Counted from the first letter of the stretch, positions 41,204 through 53,852 are shown. The stretch is 64,000 nucleotides of DNA from Nageia nagi (GCA_050084985.1 JBITNC010000001.1:172484001-172548000); one strand, 5' to 3'. Notes: generated from the letters alone by a model not told the origin. A program made the numbers and translations.

Positions 41204-42633
41204 CTATGAACCCCAACCACTTCCACCAACATTTGTATTAACACCTCCCGCTGCGTTCCCCCATCCATCAGTCTGCTTCGTCCAACCACTTCCTCCATCA
41301 TTATCGTTTCCTCTTCCCATAGCAGCCCATCCTGAACTAGACATGACCACGTCAGTCACACCCCGCGCATCAGGAGCTTTCGAATTATTTTTATCAGATG
41401 CATTATTAGAATTCCACCTGTCATCATTGCCTTTGGCAGGATCACCCCAACTACCAGTATTAGTCCAACCACCAGGATTCTTCCCTGTATCCCACCCTTT
41501 GCGACCACCATTGGAACTGCTTGGCATTATATCATCAACAGATTTGTTGACGCTGCCCCATCCACCTGTATTATCCTTGGATGTAGCATCAATGTCATTT
41601 GCTTTGGTTGAATTCAAGCCTTCTTTGGCCTTGCCAGAACCCCATGTATCATTGCCCTGTTTATTCCAGCCACTTTCGCCAGAACTCACAGGCCAACCTC
41701 CCCTAGCAGTGATTCTGGAATCCTATTACCAGAACCACTACCCCATTCATCTGTTTTTGATCCCCACACATCACTTTCTTGGTGGCTGAAGCTGCCGGTA
41801 CTGTTGTTACCACCAGAATTTTGTCCCCATCTACTGCTAAAATTCGACTCATTACTCCCTCTCCCAGAGCCTCTACCCTTACCTCCGTTTCTTCCCCCTC
41901 TATTTCCTCTATCCTCGTTCCATCTACCTCTATTACCTCCACCCCTGCCCTCATTTCCACCCCCGCCAAACCCTCCATCTCTTCCCTCACTTTGACCACC
42001 TCCCCTCCCACCACCACCTCTTCCTCTCCTTCCCTTATCTCGACCATGTGGTGGCCTCGGTAGATCGCTTGGGCGTCCATCAGAAGCATTATTGAGATTA
42101 TAATCGTTTCCACCAGTTCTTGAACCTGGTGTTGATGTTCTTTCCCAGTCTGTGCCTATGTGGCTGTGCCAGACACCATCTCCTCCTCCACTATTTGTGG
42201 CTGAGCCTCCCCAACCACTTCCAACAGAACCACCCCCACCTGCAGATCCTCCGGGGCCTGGACTTTTCAGAGGTACCTTAGCAGCAAGAGACCTATTTGG
42301 TGGAATTGAATCTTGAACAAGATCATTAATGTGCTTTTGAAAATAGGCAACAAGCTTGTCAAGATTTTCAAACATTCTCTTTCTGAACTTAAATCCTTTG
42401 GGATATAACCCCATATACTCATGATGAGGATTAGTACTCCTGATATAAGAAAGCATGAATGCACCAGGATGTTCATATGAAACAGATATATAATATGGAA
42501 TTCTTGATGGATTCTCATATTTCTCTTTTCGCAAAGCATCATCAACCTCTGCTTTTGTGCCCCTTCTAAATTTTCGGTATGAAAGGACTGCCTTCAAATT
42601 GCTCACCAGTGGATCTACATATCTATCTATAAC
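41204..42633 (-). CDS. SPT6: SPT6 coding exon 16 (SH2-C, RGG region, WG/GW tail); apparent 1-nt deletion at ~41724
   Basis: VIDRYVDPLV...; continues into a GW-rich frame ending GSGWGS-TAG at 41204 if one base is restored. Confidence 0.85.
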
Positions 42634-45600
42634 CTGAATTTCACATTTAAGAAGACTAAATTAAAACCAAGGTCATAAAATTGATTTACAAATTGTGAGA
42701 ATAAGAACCGTAAATCATTAAGGCATGTAATTGTGTTGCACAAACCTCATCGAGATCTTCAAAAGTCTCATCTCCAATCGAAAGTGTTTTTCCAATACGA
42801 AGGAAGCTGGCAAAATCTCTGTGATCTTTGCCTCCTTCAATAATATCTTTATGGGCATAAACCCCATCACATACTTTCAGTGTTAGTGTCAAATATGATG
42901 GCCCCTTTGAATTTGGCCGTATTATACTCTCTCCAGCATCCTTATCTGAAAGAGCCTGCAGGATATATACCACACAATAATTAAATTAGATCATGAACCT
43001 ATACTAATAATTTTTAAAACATGCCCACAATCATCGTACATTATACTATTTAGCATGCACTGTATATTCTGAAGCCTTACACTTCTACTTAAAAAGAGAA
43101 GGAAATGAAAACCAATATAAAAGACTACCCAGAATACTACAGTTTCAAGCCACATCGCTACTTAACTTGAGATAACCAAATTCAAGCCATAGAGAAGTAT
43201 GTCAGCTAAAATGAATACAGTGGACACAAACAAAACCATCCATGCCACCAACATATTGTATAATTAAAGACAACTTCTCATATTAATCAATGTCACGGAT
43301 CAAATAACAAATTTGTCAGGAATAAAATGCTGAGAATTTCTAAATTTTCTATTGCAAATTGCAATCCAGACAGCAACCATCTGTTTCAGATCTTTTGACT
43401 GTCTTTCTTTTGTGAAATAATGGACAGTTGAAGACATCATATATGATTATAAGTAAAGTAAACTATCATTAATTTAAAAGGCCTGTCACATCATTAGTCA
43501 GATATTCAGAATTTTGCTTAAAAGTTGAGATAAGACCATAAGAGCTCTCAGGCTTTGATTCAAACAAAGGATTGAAACTCATTTTAATTCTCATAAACTA
43601 CCGACATGCTGAGAGTTATTTTGATTCTCAAAGTCAAGAACTAACCCAAGAATCTCAATAAAAAACGATTCTAAATATTGCTGGATGTGAGATAGTTTCA
43701 GAAAACCAAAATAGAACAATTTGTAATGAAATCTTCAAAAAAGCAATGTACTCAAAGGTAGTTAAGAGTTTGATATCATGAATCTTATGGATATCCATGG
43801 TGGAGAAACAAAATTGAATTTTATACCACTTACTACTTGGCCACCTTCAACCACGACTAATTTGACAACGCTTTGCTTTGTGATATTATTGCCATTCCAC
43901 TTTCCAGTCAAACAATGAATTTTCAATACTTGGTCTTAACAAGCATGTAATATCCCAAACAAAAAACTACAAAACATAACACAATTTTCCAACACAAATA
44001 GTTTTGATATTTTGTATTATTGGAACTTTATACTCATGGAAATCCACACAAATCAGAATATGAAATCTTGACAGTTTGCTGTTCCAATCTGCACATTGAG
44101 GGTTTTCGTCCCCTTGATCTACACAGTAGAAAAACCAAACCATTGAAAGGGGATATCTTCAATGGAATCTTTGAGGTTGAGAGCAAACATCCTCACTCCA
44201 AAACATTGCTGTTGATCAGCAGACTTGAAAGGATTCTACAAAACATATACCTTCCATATGAAAAAAATTATATACAAATATATAGTTGAAACAGAACACT
44301 TACTAACCACTAACCGTCATTAATTCCTACTGACATGCATGTATTATTTCCCAATAACTGCTGCTCCAAGGTATTAAAACTTGATTAACCATTAACACTC
44401 ATTAATTTCCCACTGAAATGCATTGCATTATTCCCCACTAACTGCTCCCAGATATTTTCCTAACGGGATGCATTAATTTCCCACTAACTGTTAACGTGTA
44501 TTATTTATTTATTTTTATTTGGGTCATTACATTGCTTCATCACCACAAAAAAGCATGAGATGCATAAAAAAAATGATGAGACAGCATGAGATATATCAAA
44601 AAATGATAAAACATCTCTTATTTTTTTTATACATATCTTTGCATGCAAAGGATTTTGAACATGCTATGCCATCGTCTTGTGGAAACTACTAAAGCTAGGT
44701 ATTACGGTTAGAATCCCCAAAAGTTGCCATATATCACCCAAATGCAAGGTTCCACCAGAGCACGCTCCAGGATTTATGGAGGCGGTCCGGCCGCCTCGGC
44801 AGAACCGGACCGCCGTAGTTGCATCCAAAGCTCTGGATTTGCCGCTGGAGCAGCTCAGGAAGAGGGGTACCATTTTGGAGCAGCCAGATGCTCCTGGAGC
44901 AGCTGAGAAGCTTCGGAAACACTAAAAAAAATTGCACATGATTTTTTTTAAAAATGCCAAATCTTAAAATAAAAAACATGGTTGGATACTTGATAGTTAT
45001 GGTTTTGCTATTTTGGGCCTTTGGCATTTTGCTACTATGATATTAAGATTCATTTTGATATCATGATATTATGACTTGTTTTGTTTTTCATTTTTGCCTT
45101 TCATATTCATACTTATTAATATTATCATATTATCATTATGTTTTGTAATTTAAATTTATATTTGATTTATATTTAATAGTAAAAATGAATTAGAAACAAT
45201 GAACATGGAAAAATGTAAAAATCCTAGGGATTTCCTAGGAGCCGCTCCGCCTGCCGAATCGGAGCCGCTCCGTAAAAATGACCCTCTGCCACTCCCGACT
45301 CACCGTGGAACCTTGCCAAAATTTTTGGAAACATTTAATCTTCTGTTTAGCATGTTCAGAACATAAATGCTTCTTACAGCAAAATAATACTCAAATCCAA
45401 AAAGGGCAAAAAATAAAATCATTGCATCAATGGGAATGAATTGCATTTCTAAATGTAAATGTGTATCGTTGTGGATGGCATGAGATTCTAAATGTAAAAA
45501 ATGCAGAATCGAAGTAAATGGAGTGGACTATAAATGCATTCTATATATAATGACATTTAAACACTCGAGATTTTCAAAAAAAATGAATCACTATTTAAAA

Positions 45601-48600
45601 GACTACCTCAATTGCTTCAGCTTCTGAAATATTCTGGAATCGTGGGTGTACAATCATCCTAGGTTTGAATAATTTCTTGGCAAGCTCCTTTTCTTTCCTA
45701 GCTTTCTCTTGTTCCGTTTGCAAAATGCATTCATCTCTAGCATAGAAAGGATCCTTAATCTGCCCACTCTCCCATCGGTCACTACTTAAATCACTTGGTT
45801 TGCAGGTTAACTCAACACAGTATTTTGGTTTATTTATCACTTTCACTCGACAACTAAGGATACTGCCTTCTTGGATTTTTTCTACAGGATCTATATCTCT
45901 GTCATCAGAAAGGTCTTCCCTCGTTATTAACCCTGTTAAGCCTGACTCCAGATCACATATAACACGATGATTTAGGACTCTCCGAACAGTTGCCTGTACA
46001 ATCTTTCCAACTGCAAGGGTCTCATCATCTTCACCCGTTAGCAAATAAAATTCTTCATCTTGCAATGGCTGCTTATATGGTATTCTCCAATCCTGAAATC
46101 CCTGTAGGAGTTCATTTTTTATGTCATTAAGTGTTTCCCTTTTATTTGCTTTTAATCGTTGCTCCACACTTCTGGAATATTCATCGATATCAAGGGACCT
46201 TAGCAGATGCTTATTCTTTTTCACATGTTCAACTGCCATCTCTTGTTGTTCTTCATCCATATCATCTATATCATTCCCTGTAACTTCACAATAAAGATCA
46301 CAGGCCATTCTTTTGGCTAGTTCAAAAGACTCGGGTGGATTCTGGTGTCATCTAGTGGATCCATGACATGGTTACCAGACGCAGCTTGGCCAGTGCCCCT
46401 AACCCGTAAGAAACCGCCAGCATTCATGAACACACAACGCTTCATTGCTGCTAAAGCGGTCAACAATTCTCTGCGACTGTAAAGTCGCCCAGCCCTCAGA
46501 ATGGCCCTTTGTATAGAAGCAGATTTTCTGGGCCCAAGACCTGCCACAAATTGCAAGGGTGCAAACATCCATTCATGTGATGCTGCTAGATTTACGTCCA
46601 CACCAACTTGATTTGTTATTGTGACCATTACTTGTTCGATAGCTTCATATCTATCATCAGGAGTAAGGAATTGTTCCAGCGTATGAAGCTTCAATGACAG
46701 TATCTCTTTTCCAGGACCACATAATGTTGCAACCATGGCCACTGGGTTTTGCAGATAACGACCAAGAGCCACAGCTTTCCGAACAATACCTATTAGCGAA
46801 TAACCCCAATCAGAAATAGAATATGATTCTCTGTAACTATCTTGTTATTCAAATGATTGTTAAATATGTCAAAAAGCTAAAATTCTCCTTTTTACCTCTC
46901 TGTGTTGGCAACTGATCATGAGAGATGCGAGAATTCTCATAAAGGCTAGCTAAAAATTCATCTGCATAGACAACATTTATTGTATCCACACCCTCATCTA
47001 GTTCTCGTGGATGCAACTCAAAAATCTTAAATATAACCTGCATAAAAAAATCAAGAATAGAAAGTTAGGTCCCTGTCTTTCATTCCACCATCAATGTCTT
47101 TCATCAAAAAGATAGCATCAAAGAATATGCAAAACATCAAAAGCCTTAGCATCTTACCTCACATATATCATCCTTCAAGTACTTACAACGTATGTTTGAA
47201 GCTCCCAAAACAACTGTACGAGGTTGATGATCCAACAGGAACTTTAAAAGACGCTGCTGATCATTTTCCTTCCGTTTTAACAGCCCAGGGCTCTTTGATC
47301 GAACACTTAAATGTGATGTAAAAATAATATCCAGCACTTCACCATAAGGGTCTAGCATCACAAATGTTGTAGGATCTTTACCAGAACCCTGACAGCAAGC
47401 CATAACACGTTTTTCAGCATCATCTTCAGGACACTCTTCATTATCTGATTTTTGACGTTGAATAGGAGCAACTGACACTTTCTTCCAAAGCTGCATCCCA
47501 TAATCCTGAACCAGCCAGCTTTTGGCTCTTGCAGACAACATCATTCGAGCTTCCTTTTCCATGCCAGGTAAAATATAGCTATATAAAGCATCCTTCAATA
47601 TCAATTTCCTCTGTTCATTCCATAACTGAGCAGCTATGCTCACCCCATCACTAAGGTATTGACTTTCAAATTCCTTCATTATTTCCCCCTCTATTACATC
47701 TTTTGGCAGACCAATTGTAATCTGAAGAAGTTTCTCTTCCTCAGCTTTCTGAATGAGAAGCCATTGTGCATCATCAAACCTACTTATTGGCTTGTTAACT
47801 AGCCATTTTACCCCAGCATACTGATGGAAGGAATCTATTGCATTATTTCCATCTGCGGTAGGCCTTGTAGTAACAACTGCTTTGTCCATATAGATAGTAC
47901 GGACATAGTCCTTAACAGATGGCTCACAACTAATTTCTACAGCAGCCTGTTAAATATATCCCATTTATTAAATTATGAACCGCACTGCAACAAACAATAT
48001 GAATAAAAAATTTTGTTGAAAACACATACCATATGCCTGGCACCTTTGAGCACCGATTGTGGGTCGGTAAACTCTCCAGAGGAAAATTCAGCTGCCACAT
48101 CCTCCGGTGCAGCAGTATTGTCTTCAACATCAACATTCTGTAGAAAATATAAAGGATCGCTTAGTTCCCTACCTGAATAGCCATCAGGGCCACAAAGCGT
48201 TGAAAAGAAGAATTGCATAACTAGGTGTGATCTAGTAAAACACACATCTTATTTGTGCCAACAGATATTAAACTATGGATAGCTACCATCTGTTTAGAAT
48301 TTATATGTAACATTTCCAACATTATTTATTGATATAATGTAATGTTCACTACCTCAATAGCCAACTCCCTATTACTATCAGGGCCATAAAGTGTTTGAAC
48401 GAAGAATTACATAAATAGGTACTAGCTACACTCGCATCTTGCTTGCGCTCACAGATATGAAACTTAGGATGGCTATCATCTGTTAACGATTGACAAACGA
48501 CACTTCTAACATAATTTATTGACTTAGGTCTCTCAATAAAAAAGATGTAATCATTGTTTATGCATGAAGATGGTTACAAAAAAGAGGAGAGAGAGTCACA

Positions 48601-51600
48601 TACCTTATACATACTAATGAGATTTACCGCAAATCCATCAGAACTGAGTCCGAATTTTCCTGAGACAGCTCCTAATCCGGATTTGCGACAAATGCTGTAC
48701 ATAGATTTCCGTTTAGGTCTCTTGAACTGACCTTCTTCTACCTCAGCTTCATCAGGAGGAAAATGCAAGTTAAATTTTGCATCTATATCATCAATGGTAC
48801 GATCTGATCCTGCTTCGTCAAGTCCTGCTTTGTCAAGGGAAAGAAACAATGATTGCAAAAGAGTCGATTTCGTAGGATCTCTTTGTGCTTCTTCTCCTAC
48901 ACGTTTCTCATAAGATGATTTAAGAGCATTCTTCCTTCTTTGCAGTAGAAGCCACCTTCTATCCCATAGCTGTATTGCCCACAAAGCCTATAAAACAAAA
49001 TAAAGCATGAGCAACAACTAATTATGTGGTTGTACGATATAAACGGTAGTGTTACCTAGACCCTTACCTTGTATGTTTTTAATTTAGTCTTGTTTTCTTT
49101 ATCTGCACCTTCAACAGATACATGATTTTCCTCCCGCAGTAAATTGAGGCACAATTCTTTCCGGTACATGGCAATGAATGGAACCTAGCATGTACGTAAT
49201 ATTAAAACTCAGGCGGTTCAGAATATAGCATCAACAGTCCATTTCAAACTGACTAATATGCAGTATTTGACAAGCATAAAGGGAAACAAGTCAGATTATT
49301 CATTTTAATTGAAAAACAAAATAGGAACTCACTTCAAATTTTTGTTCATGAAACAACCGCAATACATTAGCAATTTCCTTCACAACTTCTTCCTTGTCTA
49401 TATTTGCGATGTACTGAAACTCTTTCCTCAGTGGTACTGCTAATTCGCCAAATACACGCCGATAAATCCATTTTGCCTCCATTGCTGTATTTTCATCGTG
49501 TGAAACTGGACCAGTAATCTCCGCAGCCAACTGAAGAAAAAACAATTAAATGCTCTCAATCCCAGAGAAATTCATAAGGAGAAACATCTTAATGAAACAA
49601 ACAATGTAATATTTTGTCCTCGATAATTATTAATTATAGAAGACATTAACATTATGAATAGTATTACAGATAGCATAAACTATATAAGGTTCACCAAAAT
49701 AAACTCATGACAATTATAAACACCTGAATACGTTCTGGCACATCTGTTTCACGAATTTGATCATCCTTCGGTGTCATGTACTTCTCTGCCAAAACACTTG
49801 GCTCAAACTCATCCTCTAGTCTCTTTGCACCTTGGTCACCATCAAGGCCATGATCAAAGCCCCTTGCTTTCAACCCTTGCTTTCGACGGCTCAAAAGTTC
49901 ATCAACATCACCAAATATATCCTGTGCTTCTTGCAACGCTGAAGATGATATACCTGGGGCTTGCCTAGGTATTCTCTTTTTTGACTTTCTTCTCCTTATA
50001 GAGGACAATAATAAATTAAGTTCTACGAATAAATTAAATTCCAAGGGAAAAAAAAGCATTCCAGGAGAAGAGCAAATATTGAACAAAACAAAGACCTCAA
50101 TAATATTTTTTTATCAAGAGAGTCGCTATAAAACAAGTCTCTCTAAACTTAATCTACCTTATGGGTAGACCATTTTCATCAACTTCTTCTTCATCAACTA
50201 TAAAATCTGCCATCTCATCTTCTTCTCCCATGTCCTCATCCTCCTCTTCTTCAAGTTGGTCATCCTCTTCTGCAACATCTGGGAGTATCCCTGCAAGTTT
50301 TTAAAGAAAGTCAACTATCAAGCAAGATTATACTTATAAATTGAACACACATGCCGGATACACATTTCTTGACAAGAAAGATGTCTAAACAGTTTTATAT
50401 TATTTTGTTAATTATAAAACCTCAATTCCTTTTGAAGAGTATTTCCTCGTTATTATATTTATACATTAGAAATTTAAAACTAATAGTTTCCGTCCATCCA
50501 TTATAGGGGAAGTAATGGGAATGCTCCATCCCAACCATGTAAATCAATATTTGAAAAAAAAAAAAGGAACTCATTCTTTTCAACTTATATTCTTGTATCA
50601 TATTAAAAATGTTGTTAATAAAATATTACTATTCCATAACATAATTAAAAAACATATTTGAAGATAGCTTGACAGAAAGACACCGTTCCACTCAATATTC
50701 TTGGCTAGAAGATTGGCGTTTATTATAAATAAAATTAAACATTATTATCTGAAAAAGTAAACAAAATTCCGTACATATTCCAAAATGGTCATACAGACCG
50801 AGTGAGTTGCACCATTCCATTTCGTGTGGAAGCCTCTCAGTGTTCATTACAAACATAATTTGGCTTTAAATTGCTGTCATGAGGCAGAGCCAAAAAAGCC
50901 ATGGTTTATGAACATACCTTCATCATCCCCAAACAAACTACGTTTCAATTTTTCCTCTGCAGTGGCACCTTTGCGACCACCTTCATATAACTCATCTTCA
51001 TCAGAAAAGCCTGTTCGTTCTTCTGTTTCATCATTTCTTCCAGCCTTCTTTAAACGCTTAAACTTCTTGCTTCCCTATTTTGCAACAAACACTCACAAGG
51101 TTAATTATCTTACCCTCTAAAAGCAATAACAGGAAAAAAAAGACAAATAAATCCATTGAGATGTTCTTTAGAGCTTACTGATTTAGGCCGATGAAAACCA
51201 GTAACATTAGCCTCCTGCAGCAACTCATAATCATCATCATCAAGTTCATAGTTCTCTTCAACCTCCCTAGAGAACAAAAAAAATAGTTTCTGGTCAGTCA
51301 TAAGGGAAAATAACAATACTATTTGTAATTATCAATAAAGATAAGTTGCAGGGGCAAACAAAATACTGTTGTCATTTTAAAAAAGGAAAGAAAACAACTA
51401 CTAAAAACATACCTTCTCTTCTTTTTCCTTTTCCTAGCTTTCATCTCTTCATCACTGCTTTCTCTGACCTCTTCCTCTTCCTCCTCTTCCACATCGTCAA
51501 CTATGAAGCCATCTTTCTCATACTCATCTTGTCCCTCCTCTGCATCAGTCATGTACAGATTTTTAACATATACTAAAACTTCTACCACAAAATTTGATCT

Positions 51601-53852
51601 TTCAATTACCATTTTGTAGGAGCCACCTAGTTTAATATACAAGAGATTCCGCAGCAATAAAATCTAAATAATAGCTCACGCATCGAATATGGTTTATCAC
51701 CTTCATCCTCTTCATCTTCTTCATCTGCTGCTTCTGGATCACGAGCCTCCCTAGCATCATCTTCCTCATACTCTGAAAGGAAAGCCACAAAACCCCGCTG
51801 TAGCTGATAAGCTTGGAGAAAGAAACATCTCTAAAAAGAAATAAAGATCTATCACCAATAAACAGAAAGAACAGTCAAATCAAAATCTTCAACCAAAAAA
51901 AAATACGAGTTCATGGTGCAAATTTAATTCACTTCAAAAATGCTTGCAATTCCCATAGGGAGTGGCTATTGGATTCAAAATTGTAAGAAGATGTTAAATG
52001 GGTGACTAAAGGTACAGAAAAATGCAAAAGCAATGATGTGAAGAAATGAACTCAATATTCCAGCTCAATGCAATAAAACTAGACTTGTTTAATTGATTTT
52101 GATAAAAGGTTATATGCGCAGAATAACACGTCTTAGTTTTCCAATAAGATGTCATTTCTTTAACTTCACAAATCCACTTCCTCCACCGAACAAGCAATAT
52201 TTGTTTGATGTTGCTTTAAATAAGAATTGATAAGCAGAACATGCATCTGCATTTTCCCTTATTAATTCATAAGCCCAACATTTCACATTTGTGATGCAGA
52301 AGTGGAGATTGGGAAGTCAGCTTCAATTTTTAAGGCACTCTCATTTCTCGAATTTTGAAGGGCCAAGAAGGGAAGTGTAAATGCAATGTGGAGAGCGATG
52401 CTCAATATTCAGCCTCTTCTGTGTAACAAATTAGATTTATTTCATGGTGTTTAAAGAAAGATTATACGCAGAATAACTCGGTTGATAATTAACCATATGT
52501 GTTCGGTTGCCTTGTTAAATCTGTCAAAAAGACTAGGGAATCTGAAATTCCATTTAGATCATCTAGATGTTGAAATTGGGAATGCAACACCAGATTTACT
52601 CATTGATTGTCCAAGATAACATGCTGGGGCTTAAAATGCCATTCCTAAACTGTTTCTGCTCTTAGTTTTAAGAAGTTACTTGAGTTTACCAATATGCATT
52701 ATCAAACAAATTTGATGGGACACCACCGACTTATCCATCGATCATTTAGCGTCCTCCTCTTCACAAAAATTGAAGCAGTAGCACATATGCATGGAATCCT
52801 CCTCTTATCAGTTATTCAGAATGGTTCAATCTGCGCAAAGATCGCTAACACAGCAAATAATCCTCTTTCCCAGTGTGACATTGTAGATTTTATACATATA
52901 ACTTGTTTTTTGTCATTTCTTTTTTTAAGATATTATAGTTGATCTTCGATATTGCTTAATGTTATCTATACCAAGTCTTGCTTATGTATCGTAGCAACAC
53001 AAATATTTAAGGGGAATTAGGTAGCCCTCATATTTGCAAATGTATTCTTGTTGGTTGGGGAATTAGAGCGTCTGGGTTTTGCCACAGGATTTTGCTTTTA
53101 GATTTAGCTGGCTAAAAAGTTAAGCCAATGAACATAAATTGCTCAGATAGAAAATGGCAACGAGCTTGGAAATTTAATCTAATCTGTATATATGTCAAGG
53201 CATACAAGGCCATATGAACTGTGCTAGTAATTTTTGCATAAAATGTGCAGAATAATAATTTTCTAAGGCAAAGTAGCCTAAAATAACAGAAAAATTTAAA
53301 CAGGTTAGTTTTACTAAATTAAGAGCCCAAAAAGAGATTAATTCAAATCTACAAAATCTTGCCAGTTTCAATCCTCTCCTTCATGCTTTACCGTTACAAT
53401 CTTCATCTCTTCAGATTTCAAGTGAAAGGATTATAGAAAAAAATCAATTTGATTTATCCTTCAGCACTATCAGCTCAGTGCAGATCACTCTGATTTCTAA
53501 TTCGTTCATTCATGCTCCACAACTTGGCTTGTTGACCTCAAATGTGCAATTCTCAAACATCTGCGCTCTTTAACAACTTATATATGTTGATTATCAAGTT
53601 TCAAAAATGCGATAAACAATATGCATTCTTTATTTAAGAAAGACTATATCTTGACTCATTAAGAATTCTGTTTAACTTAATGCTGGAACAAAATTGCCTA
53701 TAAACAAATCATGTAACAAAAAAAAGCAGCCTTAGCCTTGTAGACTAAAAGGGCAAACGAACTAAAAAACACAAGCTACTGAAATTGTTACATATAATAA
53801 GTTCCAACATACCTTCCTCTTCTTCGTCAGAAACAATATTTCTGGCTCCCAT
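41204..53852 (-). CDS. SPT6: Transcription elongation factor SPT6-like (SPT6L/GTB1 type) with C-terminal WG/GW AGO-hook; 16 coding exons; two apparent 1-nt frameshifts
   Basis: Exons joined by GT..AG introns with consistent phase: 53813-53852, 51701-51772, 51413-51539, 51179-51266, 50918-51074, 50158-50290, 49724-49994, 49333-49530, 49068-49184, 48604-48987, 48030-48137, 47158-47946, 46896-47037, 45607-46789, 42746-42955, 41204-42633. Recognisable Spt6 motifs: acidic N-terminus (DEYEKDGFIVDD, LQEAQDIFGD), FEVPFIAMYRKE, YqgF-like region, ALGRYLQNP, HhH (LQFVAGLGPRK), LDDTRIHP(E), S1 domain, tandem SH2 (IIRPNSKGPSYLTLTLKV; HEYMGLYPKGFKFRK), GW/WG-rich tail. Confidence 0.95.
42746..42955 (-). 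CDS. SPT6: SPT6 coding exon 15 (SH2-N)
   Basis: ALSDKDAGESIIRPNSKGPSYLTLTLKV...FEDLDE. Confidence 0.93.
44745..45315. mobile_element. Non-autonomous hAT-type MITE in SPT6 intron 14
   Basis: Perfect 11-bp TIR CAAGGTTCCAC (44745) / GTGGAACCTTG (45305-45315); 8-bp flanks cccaaatg / ccaaaatt (6/8 match, TSD); GC-rich subterminal repeats (GGAGCCGCTCC, GGAGCAGC) around an AT-rich core; 571 bp. Confidence 0.8.
45607..46789 (-). CDS. SPT6: SPT6 coding exon 14 (HhH, S1); contains an apparent 1-nt deletion at ~46333
   Basis: GIVRKAVALGRYLQNP...DTRIHP / ESFELAKRMACD...PRMIVHPRFQNI; 1183 nt, one base short of the phase required by the flanking introns. Confidence 0.9.
46896..47037 (-). CDS. SPT6: SPT6 coding exon 13
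   Basis: VIFKIFELHPR...LYENSRISHDQLP. Confidence 0.92.
47158..47946 (-). CDS. SPT6: SPT6 coding exon 12
   Basis: AAVEISCEP...WLLIQKAEEEKLL...QLWNEQRKLIL...; 789 nt, phase 0-0. Confidence 0.93.
48030..48137 (-). CDS. SPT6: SPT6 coding exon 11
   Basis: NVDVED...PQSVLKGARHM. Confidence 0.9.
48181..48521. repeat. ~194-bp diverged tandem duplication in SPT6 intron 10
   Basis: ATCAGGGCCA(C/T)AAAG...GAAGAATT...CAGATAT...CATCTGTT...ATTTATTGA occurs twice. Confidence 0.8.
48604..48987 (-). CDS. SPT6: SPT6 coding exon 10
   Basis: ALWAIQLWDRRWLLLQRRK...KFNLHFPP...FKRPKRKSMYSIC. Confidence 0.92.
49068..49184 (-). CDS. SPT6: SPT6 coding exon 9
   Basis: VPFIAMYRKELCLNLL...LKTYK; phase 0-0. Confidence 0.9.
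49333..49530 (-). CDS. SPT6: SPT6 coding exon 8
   Basis: LAAEITG...EAKWIY...QKFE; phase 0-0. Confidence 0.9.
49724..49994 (-). CDS. SPT6: SPT6 coding exon 7
   Basis: RQAPGISSSALQEAQDIFGDVDELL...FEPSVLAEKYMT...DVPERIQ. Confidence 0.92.
50158..50290 (-). CDS. SPT6: SPT6 coding exon 6
   Basis: ...EEDEMADFIVDEEEVDENGLPI; AG/GT bounded. Confidence 0.9.
50918..51074 (-). CDS. SPT6: SPT6 coding exon 5
   Basis: GSKKFKRLKKAG...AEEKLKRSLFGDDE; AG/GT bounded. Confidence 0.9.
51179..51266 (-). CDS. SPT6: SPT6 coding exon 4
   Basis: EVEENYELDDDDYELLQEANV; AG/GT bounded. Confidence 0.88.
51413..51539 (-). CDS. SPT6: SPT6 coding exon 3
   Basis: EEGQDEYEKDGFIVDD...KKKR; AG/GT bounded. Confidence 0.88.
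51701..51772 (-). CDS. SPT6: SPT6 coding exon 2 (acidic)
   Basis: ttcag acceptor and G|GTGAT donor; encodes EYEEDDAREARDPEAADEEDEEDE; phase 1-1. Confidence 0.8.
53813..53852 (-). CDS. SPT6: SPT6 coding exon 1 (MGARNIVSDEEEE)
   Basis: ATG at 53852; G|GTATG donor; resembles the plant SPT6 N-terminus (V.SDEEE). Confidence 0.8.

Noticed and set aside
41343-42113. Overlapping ORFs (41343-41789 +, 41779-42063 +, 41703-42113 -)
   Set aside because: Shadow frames of the low-complexity Gly-rich SPT6 tail.
44664-45027. Cluster of short ORFs in intron 14
   Set aside because: Explained by the GC-rich MITE end; no protein motif.
41686-46340. Programmed ribosomal frameshifting in SPT6
   Set aside because: No X XXY YYZ slippery heptamer at either site; simple indels are more parsimonious.
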